A DNA stretch of 64,000 bases from positions 124,001-188,000 of the forward strand of contig OZ025687.1 in the NCBI GenBank assembly GCA_964019335.1. The letters run 5' to 3'. The notes beneath the pieces are model-generated. The model saw nothing but the letters and a program-made list of their open reading frames with translations, did not search any database and was not told the origin of the DNA. The stretch's first letter is position 1. Each line of letters opens with the position of its first letter. The DNA is from Diplonema japonicum. Its lineage: Eukaryota; Protista; Euglenozoa: Diplonemea. Below are positions 1 to 8,727 of the stretch, piece after piece. A program made the position numbers and the translations under genes.

Positions 1-67
1 AGGGTGTACTTTTTATGTCCGATTTTGGGGGGTCTTGTCGTGGGGGGTCCGTGGAGTAATGGCTGGG

Positions 68-1194
68 CTAAAAAGGGCAGCATTCAGCCCTATTTGGTGC
101 CCTGAACTCTAGGATTGAGGTCAGTCTGGAGACTTTTTGGCTGTGGGATGAAAAAAGCAACTTGTGAGTTTTTTTTCCAGCTGGGGTAGCATGCAAGGGT
201 AAAAAACACGTTTTGCATAAGGGGGTTTTGCAACAGGGGCACCACGTTTGCACCTTCTTCCCGCACCCAGGAACAGCACAGAGCACCCTCCTCACCTTCG
301 TTCCGTTCATCATGGTCCCGAAGGTGTGATTTAGGGTCAAATCGAGACGTTTTGGGTATTTCTGGATGAGGGAATCCTCATTGCTAGCGTGTTTGCGCTT
401 GGGGGTCGGTGACGGTGTTGTCGGGGTGTGTGCTATCGGTTTTTGGGGCATGGGGCATGGGGCATGGGGTATGGGTGAGAAGCTTGCCAACAAGTTCTTC
501 TTTGAAGCTCGGGAAGCCATAATTTTTGCCACATTCCCTGCTCTTCTTCCAGATTATGGAGGAGTTGGCAACACAGCTTTCCAGGACCCAATAAAAAACG
601 ACCTTGATGCCCACCGAGTTGTTTTTTCGTGGTGCCATGACTTTTATTGTTGTCGGGATAACACTGTCGTCAACAGACAACCACTTGCCAGGGGTCCGCA
701 CAGTCCTACACCGGTTGACAATGATGTCAAGAAACCTGCGCATGAGGTGCAGTTTCAGGCCTTCCAAATGTTTTCCAGGTTGTCAAAGGTGAGGTAGCGC
801 TGTATGTCAACGAATCGGTTTGCTCATTTTCTCGAAAGCCGGGATGCTTAAATTAGAATTTGTTGTCCAGTAGCTCTTCATGTTCGGTGCCGAGCGTAAA
901 CCCATTAACAGGACCAACCCAAGCCAAATTTTGTACTCTGGGATGGAAATATTCAGATTCCGCTGTTTTTTTGAATCGAAACGACCGGTTCGTGGAAGAA
1001 ACTATGAGCTCAAGTACCGCGTGTGCAAAAAAAAAGATTAAAAACACCCTCCTCATTGGCCGCTTCACTTAGAGGTGTTCTCCCACCCAAGCATCGTTTC
1101 CGGCCCCTCTTTGACCGCCTCATCGTCTTTTTCCCCTTTATCTGACCAGTCGGAGACTCACGTTTTCGCTGCTATTTTGACCATCTGATTTCAT
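68..1194 (-). pseudogene. piggyBac transposase pseudogene
   Basis: Fragments in several frames: NRFVDIQRYLTFDN, TPGKWLSVDDSVIP (first catalytic Asp), PRKNNSVGIK joined directly to the C-terminal FYWVLESCVANSSIIW...FKEELVGKLL, then a Cys-rich ribbon (CAVPGC..WCPCCKTPLCKTCFLPLH). Frameshifts and stops are present and the central DDD region is missing. The start coordinate is approximate. Confidence 0.85.
443..475 (+). repeat. (TGGGGCA)n 7-nt tandem repeat, G-quadruplex-prone
   Basis: tggggca tggggca tggggca tggggta tgggt, read directly. Confidence 0.9.
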
Positions 1195-1832
1195 TTTAAG
1201 CCAACCCTGCCGGTTTCAATTAAAACATAAATTTTAACGCAAAATATAGTTTCAAGACAAAATAAACCGCGCAACAATGTCATATTTTGAAGTCCAAGGG
1301 CCGTGTTCAAAAAAAAGTACTTAGCGAAAAAGCAAATTTTGAAATAAGGACAAAATGTCCGCGCGGGCCTTTAGGGGTTAAAAAAAAAAAAATCGGCTGA
1401 TTGTTTGTGCAAGCCGTTTTCACCTACAGTAGGGATAAACGGGCAAGCTGGTTTAAAAAACAAAAGCAAAAAAGAAGAAAAAAAAAAAAGATGTCTTTGA
1501 AGGGAACCTGCAGTATGTGACAGGATCGCCTTAAAAAAAAAAAAAAAAGAGACATTTACAAAAAAAAAGAAAACTCGATAAAATATCAGTGTGTATGAGG
1601 GCGCACACTTTTTTCTGCGCCAAGTGAATGTTGCTTCACCCACTTCTGTGGCTGCTAACCGTTTGGGTGCACCTACCCTGGCCACGTCAATTAACTTCTC
1701 GGAGACCTCTCCCTGAACGGCACTTTTGGTGATTCCCCCCTAAAAAAAAAGGTCCAGAGTTGATTTTTTTTTTTTTTTTTTTTTCCTCTTTTCCTTTTAT
1801 ATTATATATTTCTTTTATTTTTTTTTTTTTTT

Positions 1833-2122
1833 TTTATTTCACTCTTCTGAAACTATTTCACGTTCGGGGCTCATTACTTCACTGTGAAGTAATAGGGTTT
1901 CCGGGTTTATCAAGCTCCCAAAAGACTTCTGGTAAAATGCAAGCAGCAGAAACGAGGAGCGACTGGTAGGCATGACTGAGACCCTTTGTGACCCCTTGTT
2001 GCACCCCTTGTCACCTCTTTAACCCCCTCGTGGTGAAGTAATTTCAGAGTGTCGTGAAATAAAACCACTTACCTGCCTCGGGGTAATGGTAAAGTCATTA
2101 CTTGTCGGTAGTAAATAGCTAT
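1833..2122. mobile_element. Non-autonomous palindromic element, copy 1 (possibly Crypton-like or MITE)
   Basis: Imperfect inverted repeat tttatttcac..tctgaaa.tatttcac (1833-1861) versus gtgaagtaatttcaga..gtgaaataaa (2033-2063). Perfect internal palindrome attacttcac-t-gtgaagtaat (1873-1893). Confidence 0.5.
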
Positions 2123-2169
2123 TCTTTTCTTTTTTTTATTTTTTTTATTTTTCTTTCTTTTTTCCATTC

Positions 2170-2380
2170 CACCCATTGAAGTTACTTTAGGGGTTCATTA
2201 CTTAAACGTGAAGAAAAAAATGTCATTTCTTCACGGGCTTAGGTACTATGCCCCAGCAATTCAGAGTGTCGTGAAATAAACCACTTACCTACCGCCAAGG
2301 AATGACTCTGCTGTCCTCTCGGTTCCTGCGAGCGTGGGCTCCAAGGTTACGGTAAAGTTTCCTTGTTAGTAAATAGCTAC
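2170..2380. repeat. Degenerate second copy of the 1833-2122 element
   Basis: ttcagagtgtcgtgaaataaa(a)ccacttacct occurs at ~2043-2074 and ~2260-2290. Both copies continue with ggtaaagt and tagtaaatagcta. Confidence 0.7.
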
Positions 2381-2430
2381 TTTTTTTTTTTTTTTATTTA
2401 ACTCCAGCAAAGTCGTTAAATAAAACATCG

Positions 2431-2597
2431 TATTTGTATATAAGATTGATGATTTCACTTGTGGGCAGTTTTGACTCGTTAAACGTTATAGCACTCGCTT
2501 CGCTCGTGATATAACCGTCATCACAATTACCTCACTCGTCAAATCCACTGCCACCACGCGTGAGATCACAGGATTTTATATATTCACTAACAAATAA
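2431..2597. repeat. ~165-bp imperfect palindrome centred on gcactcgcttcgctcgtg
   Basis: Paired arms: tatttgt/acaaata, atataagat/attttatat, tgatttcacttgtgg/ccacgcgtgagatca, gcagt/actgc, tttgac/gtcaaa, gttata.cac/gtg.tataac. Confidence 0.75.
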
Positions 2598-2749
2598 ATA
2601 GTTATTTTTTTCTGTTTAAAACGTCACCTTTTGGGTGCCAAAGCTGCTGCTGAAAGAAGAAGAGGAAAGAAGAAGAAGAAAAAAAAAACAAAAAAAAAAC
2701 GAATTTTCAGTCCGAAATACGAAAGGACATCATCATTTTTTTTTTGAAT

Positions 2750-2781
<32 letters not shown>

Positions 2782-2859
2782 CTTTTTTTTTGATAAGAAG
2801 TTAACAAAAGGTTAACAACGGCATATCAAATACGAGAAATAGAATTAACTACAGGGGAA

Positions 2860-2920
2860 GGGTGGGAGAGGGAGACAGAGACGGAGAGAGAGAAGGAGAG
2901 GGAGAGAGAGAGAGAGAGAG
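2860..2920 (+). repeat. GA-rich microsatellite
   Basis: Imperfect (GA)n run. Confidence 0.8.
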
Positions 2921-3884
2921 GGGATAGAAACATCTCGTTTTCTTTCTTTTCTTTTTATTCGTTGTTTGGTCGTTGCTGGCTCTGGGTTAAAAAAGCACAA
3001 AGAGCAGTTGAAATAAAAAGGAAGGAAACAAATGTATAAAAATAGTAGTAAAAGGCGATATTTATAGCTGCCTCGCAAAGTACCGAAATTCGGAGGTGCA
3101 ACTGATATCACTGAACTTGTTTTAGGGTAAGGTAAGGTTTTTATTCCCCTATCCGACATCACCCTGTGCTGCTAAGGATGCTGTTGCACCTGAGACTTAG
3201 GCCCGAAGACCTTTGGTTCTGCTGTCCTTAAACAAAAAAACAAAAAAAAATTCAAAACTAGACATATGTTTTTCATTTTTCTTTTTTTTTTTTTACGTGC
3301 TTTAAATTCGGTCCCCTCAGTTTCTTAAATGCTTAAAGTTTGACCCCCCCCCCCCCCCCCAGGCCTACTCTGTCGGCGTGTGGCTGTACGTCCGCACAGA
3401 TCTACGCTGCAAAGCTAAAACATGACCTCAAAAAACTGGTGGATGATCGCGGACTTTGACCCGCTTGCTGCTCCTTCTGATGACTCTGAGGATGTGTGCA
3501 CAGAATAATGCAGGTACCGGTTCTGTCACAAATTGTGAATACGTCACATAGAAGTTCACAAAACCCCCCAAATAGCGGCAGAAAGTTGTTTTCCTTTTGG
3601 TATGTGAGTGGAATCTTCGGGTACAATTTACCCAGAAGTGTGTTTCTGAAAAACACGAATCTCAAACTTTTCTAGGGGCGGTGACCCCCCCCCCCCCCCC
3701 CCCCCCGGCTATGTTGGTAGGTAAACGGGATACGCCTTTCTTTCGTAAGGAAACGGCTGTGTATAAGACCCCCAAAACAAGGAAACGTTTCCGTTTCCTT
3801 ATTTGGCAACACGTTTACCTGCCAACATAACCGCTGCCCCGGCTTTGAGCACTCTGAAAAACTAAGGGGTGATTAACAATTTCA

Positions 3885-3917
<33 letters not shown>

Positions 3918-4065
3918 AGAAGAAGAAGAACACCTTGGGTAAAAAAAAACTGATTTGTTAGTTCTGACAGAACACATTGGTTCGTTGTTTCTATTTCTTT
4001 CTTTTTTTTTTTTCGCCCCTGACATATTGAAGGAAACGGAAGGGGACGGGGAGAAACATTTTTAA

Positions 4066-4777
4066 CCATCTACCAACGAGCGTCTTTATAGAGACGATTT
4101 GAAAAAAAATCTTTTGCGCAAAGGGCTTTCAGTGCAATAAGGCCCGGCTATTTCTCGCATCCGGGGTCCTGCGCGGAAAATATGAAAAATATAAACTAAA
4201 TGCTGCCCTAACTTAACAAGAAAAAGAAAAGAAGAAAAAAAAACGCTAGCCCAAATTTACCCTTAAAAATCACTTCAAAAAATGGCGCCCAGAAAGAGGC
4301 CAGAAGAGGACATGACGAGTGATGAAAGCACTGATGGCTCATCCCTAGTATGCAGTTTTGATACGGACAGTGATTCTGATACGAATTCGACCGATTCCGA
4401 GGTGATTGGACAACAAAGCCGGAGCGGTTGGAAGGCATCCGGTTTCGTGAAGATCGGCCGTCCTCGGGGTCAAAAAAGAAGTCCCCCAGCCCTGGGGCAC
4501 GTACGAACCGCGTCAAGAAGGCCTTAAATAGCTCATAGTATTAATTTTACAGTCGATTTTCTTTTGACTTGTTTTTCGTACCCCCTCTCGAGCACTTCAG
4601 GAACGATATTTTTGACAATGTTGTGGGGGTGGGCCCTGCTGTGGGCACCCTCTCTCTAGAATTGGGACATCTGGAGGCATTTCCGGGGCATACAGCCGGC
4701 GTTGCGCGAGAATAGTTTTTTTTTGAAATTTTGAAAAATTACCCCCTGGTGGGCAAAAATGGTCCGTTGGTAGATGG
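4066..4777 (+). mobile_element. piggyBac-type MITE or deletion derivative, 712 bp
   Basis: Perfect 13-bp TIRs CCATCTACCAACG / CGTTGGTAGATGG, each flanked by TTAA (4062-4065 and 4778-4781). Subterminal IR ctatttctcgc (4148-4158) / gcgagaatag (4706-4715). Internal 81-aa Ser/Asp-rich ORF (4282-4527) resembles a transposase N-terminus. Confidence 0.88.
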
Positions 4778-5245
4778 TTAAAAAAAATTCACTGCTGATA
4801 GGAAACGAAGTGGTTAGCAGCGGCCCACAAAAAAAAAAAAGAAAGTGGGGAGAGGCAGGCTGTTGTTTGCACGTGCCGGGGGGTAGAAACCCGGGAACCC
4901 GAAAAACACGTTGCCACAAAAAAAAAAATAAACGGTAAAAGGATCTAAATTTTTCCTTTTCCCAGAAAAGCTTTGTTTGTGCACAGCCAGGGTTAACCTG
5001 TAGAAGGATAAGCCCGACAATGCTACCATTACTCTTTTTAGCACTACAATTCATTAATAAATCAATATATTGTTTTTCTTGTTCATGCAAAAAAAAAAAA
5101 AAAAGAGGACGTGGAAACCAAATTCAAAAATAAAATAAGATAAAAGGCCATTTTACAGCCATTTTTACAAGGCAAGGACCTTCTTTGGGTAGTCTTACCA
5201 TTAATATTTTGTTCTCCTCAAAACACTTAAGCTCATCTAACCACC

Positions 5246-6403
5246 TCACAAAACCTCGAAAGAACATGGAACATCCTTTTGCAAAGTCGGTGTGGTGGGT
5301 GAGGCACTGCTCCAAGCACGGAGGATGACGGCGGCCTCGAAGACAAAAAAGCTGAGAAGAGAAAAAACACAAACACGCCACCAGTAAGCCTGCTCGGGCA
5401 CAGGGTCGACACGGGTCATAGTGTGGCGGGTGGACAGAATCCTGAGAGTTTCACGGAGCTTGTGAAGGTCCCCCACTTGAGGACGTGCAGGGGGTTCGAG
5501 AGTTGTACCCAGCAAGAAAGGCATTTTCGGCTTGCTCACATCTATCACGTGCACATGCCCACGGGTCCCTGCGAACAGCACGGTTCTACCGTGGTCCATG
5601 CGTACGTGCAGGGAGGTCACTGCCCCGCTTGTCTCGTAGCTAGCTGCCAGTGCAGGATGGTTCGCATCACGAACGTCCACAATGTGCACCGCATGCCTGT
5701 CCCCCACGTAGGCAGTACCCTTTGCAGCCTTCACAACATACGCTCCGCCGCCTGTGTTGAAGGCCCCCACCACACGGGGGTTCGCAGGGTCATGCACATC
5801 GACCACGCACATCCCGTCAAGCTCCGCAACATAGGCGTATCCCCCCACCACAGACACGTCGGAGGGGTTGCCAGGAGTCTCTAGCTCCGCCACTAGTACC
5901 GGTGAGGCAGTGTTTGTCACGTTCACTATGGTGAGCCCGTGCCCCCAGTCGGCAACGTAGGCTAGGTCGTGCTGTACAGCCACGCCCCACGACAGGCCGC
6001 GGAGGTGCCCCTTCGCACCTCCCAGGGACCCTACCATCTTTGCCGTTGCTGGATCCGTCGCATTGCATATTTGCAGCCCTTCCTCGCTTGTGAGGTACAC
6101 CATCCTCTTCCTTACAACGATCCCTTTCCCGCCACGTACACCCGGACACGTTCCAACCCTCACTAGGCTGCCTTCTGTTGTCTTTAGGATTTCAACCTTG
6201 TCTGTTTGCATCACGTACACCAAGCCCTCGTCCTCGTACACACTAAGAGGCCCCTCCTCCTCTGCAGGGTGACCGCCGCCCCTCAACGTCGGAAACCTCG
6301 TATTACTCACATCGATTATTTTGAGCCCATCTTTTTCAGCCACGTACAGCTGTCTGGCGTCCAGAAAGACTGACATAAGCAGCACAAGCATGGCTGTCTT
6401 CAT
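5246..6403 (-). CDS. LVIVD-repeat beta-propeller membrane or secreted protein
   Basis: 385-aa ORF with a signal peptide, repeated AYVAD..GL.IVDVS.P..P units and a C-terminal hydrophobic segment. Confidence 0.85.
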   Translation of the reverse strand: MKTAMLVLLMSVFLDARQLYVAEKDGLKIIDVSNTRFPTLRGGGHPAEEEGPLSVYEDEGLVYVMQTDKVEILKTTEGSLVRVGTCPGVRGGKGIVVRKRMVYLTSEEGLQICNATDPATAKMVGSLGGAKGHLRGLSWGVAVQHDLAYVADWGHGLTIVNVTNTASPVLVAELETPGNPSDVSVVGGYAYVAELDGMCVVDVHDPANPRVVGAFNTGGGAYVVKAAKGTAYVGDRHAVHIVDVRDANHPALAASYETSGAVTSLHVRMDHGRTVLFAGTRGHVHVIDVSKPKMPFLLGTTLEPPARPQVGDLHKLRETLRILSTRHTMTRVDPVPEQAYWWRVCVFSLLSFFVFEAAVILRAWSSASPTTPTLQKDVPCSFEVL

Positions 6404-6485
6404 TTTGTGTGTTTAGAGTAAGCTGTCAGTTTGTGGTGTCATGGATTGTGGCAAAGACTCAAAAAAGCACGGGTTACATTGCCTT

Positions 6486-7112
6486 CTACAGTGCGGGGTA
6501 CGGGTCTGCGATTCCTCTCTTTTTCCAGAAGCTCTCACCGTACTTGGCGTAGATCTCCTCACCTTTTTTGATGTTGCGCTTGGCCACCGCCTTGGCCGCG
6601 AGGTCTTTGGAGAGCTTTACGAAGGTGACATTGTGGCCACCAGGGACGAAGGTATCGTTGATATACCTGGCGATGGCAGACGAGTGGCGGGCGTCGACGT
6701 GCCACACGAAGTTGAAGCCCCCCATCACGTAGTCACGCTCGCCGTCTGTGCCTAGCCTGTTCACTTCGGCCAACGCCATCTTTTTGCCTCTGTAGACGCA
6801 CAAGAGCTCACCTTGCGCGAAATCTCTAGCTGCAAAAAGCCCTTTCCCTGCCCCTTCGATTTCTGAGTCTTTCACCACCAGACCCCCATCGTCGCCCTGC
6901 AGGTATATCAGCATCTCGTCGCGAGATGTCAGCCCCCTCTCATTCATCCATTTCTCAAGCACTCTCTCCACCACCTTCCCCTCACCGTCTGTCACCATCA
7001 GCCACACCTTTCCATGGTTCTGCTTTAGCGTGTCTTCAAACCTATTCCTCCGACGGAGGCAGCACAGCGTGACTACACCGAAACCCACGCCAGCAACCAG
7101 CGCAGCGCTCAT
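6486..7112 (-). CDS. SET-domain protein with N-terminal hydrophobic anchor
   Basis: 208 aa with GAGKGLFA, ARYINDT and IKKGEEIYAKYG SET motifs. Confidence 0.85.
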   Translation of the reverse strand: MSAALVAGVGFGVVTLCCLRRRNRFEDTLKQNHGKVWLMVTDGEGKVVERVLEKWMNERGLTSRDEMLIYLQGDDGGLVVKDSEIEGAGKGLFAARDFAQGELLCVYRGKKMALAEVNRLGTDGERDYVMGGFNFVWHVDARHSSAIARYINDTFVPGGHNVTFVKLSKDLAAKAVAKRNIKKGEEIYAKYGESFWKKRGIADPYPAL

Positions 7113-7161
7113 CTTACCTGGAGGCTACTTCTGCAGCAGGAGTTAATCACTGATATGTACA

Positions 7162-8680
7162 TCACGCGGCAGGCTCGTCGTCACACCCTACCACAACGAG
7201 AAGGGAGTCACGCACGGCATGGATCGAGGCCACGCTGATGGGGGCATTGCTGTCTAGGGGTGCTAAGACGGAGTGTGGCACCAGTGACGGTGAAGGGTTG
7301 GAGAGGGTGCTCTTTGCGGAGAGAGTGAGCTGCCCCCATGTGTACAGCACTCCTCCGTTGAGCGAGGCACTGAAGCTAATCCCCGAAACCACATCATCAG
7401 TGAACACCAGCTCATCATCAGCTGCTTCGTTGCCTTCCATCTGAATGTCGCAAGGCTGGGCACCCACTGTTCTCCCATCTTCAAGCACAATACCTACCCG
7501 GCCCCTCCCGTGTCCTTTCACTTCCCCATCTAAACCTCTCCATTTCACTTTCATCCCTAGCTCGAACTTCTTCTCTACATTTCGTGCATCGGTTGTGGTG
7601 TCCGGAGGCCGCACGGGCACGTCTTGCAATTCCTTGAATGCCTTCCCTTCTGTCAATCCGATTCCAAGCTGCCCTTTAGAGTTCAAACCACACGAGTACA
7701 CCCTACCAGAAGCTGCAAAGTGTGAAATGAGAACAGCATCCATACCGTCCAGCAACAGGCAGTGCCCCCACCCTATCGAAATCTTCGTGAACCGTGCTGT
7801 CGGTTCTACTGCCACCAAAGGCTTGCTGAACCTGGAGTGCACGTAGCTCTCGGGGGTTCCGTAGAGAGGGATATCTTTCTCAATAATCACCTCTGAAGGG
7901 TTCACCAGTTGCCGACGGCATTCCACCTGCATTGACATTCATTGATACCATTGCACCATACCTTCTCAGGGGTTCTGTGCCGCTTGCCGCTGGTGAGTGT
8001 CCCTTCACCACAACTCCATGCTGCGCCATCTGCTGTGATAAACATAGAGAGCAGGCCACCGGCCTCTACATTAACGGCCTGTGTTTTAGGTTCATCGGCA
8101 GATCAAGACAACATACCTCGTACGCAGAGAGTGCCATGAGGATGTGAAAACTTGTTTCGAACTGCGCTCCTCCCAATCCCAGCTGTCCTTCCACGCCCCG
8201 CCCACATACGTACACCCTGCCTCTCTCGCAGAGGAGCAAGGAGTGGTGCGACCCACACGCGGAGGAGGTGATCGGTGGGAGAGAAGCAGGCACCATCTTC
8301 GGAGTGCGCTGTGTCTGAAGCCCACCTAACCCAAGTTGCCCGTAGGTGTTCAAACCCCAGCTGTAAACCTTACCGTCGCTGCTAACCGCCATTGTGTGCC
8401 CACCCCCGCTGGCCACGTCCACCACGCCCTCCAGGGTCTGTATGATCATCGGCCTGTCGACCACGTCCGGTAAGCTGCCCTCCAAGCCAAGCCTCCCGTC
8501 CTTTGAGCTACCCCACACCATCACATGACCATCGTTCAACAGCACCACTGTGTGGGAGTCGCCGGACACCACTTTCACTACCATTTGGGCATAAGCCTCC
8601 AAAGAATCCACTGGCACAACGCCCCCATCTGCGCATTCCCTCAGCCCGATATCGCCGAATGCAAACACCTGCATGGGCAT
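7162..8680 (-). CDS. RCC1-repeat protein (3 introns)
   Basis: RCC1 motifs (SGDSHTVVL, VYSWGLNTYGQLGLG). GT-AG introns at 8079-8116, 7927-7961 and 7713-7745 restore the frame. Start ATG inferred at 8680, with CAG 7 nt upstream. Confidence 0.8.
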
Positions 8681-8727
8681 CGTGTACCTGTGTGCATAAT
8701 TGTTTTGATCCAAACGGTGAGAAGAGA

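Larger units (their letters stand above)
1..1377 (-). mobile_element. piggyBac-family DNA transposon, internally deleted and non-autonomous (other end outside the window or lost)
   Basis: The minus strand begins TTAA|CCCCTAAAGGCCCGCGCGGACATTTTGTCC (TTAA at 1378-1381), a piggyBac-type end, followed by transposase fragments on the same strand. Confidence 0.85.

Noticed and set aside
3094-3191. AGGTGCAAC/GTTGCACCT inverted repeat
   Set aside because: 9-bp arms only, with no TSD or recognisable RNA structure.
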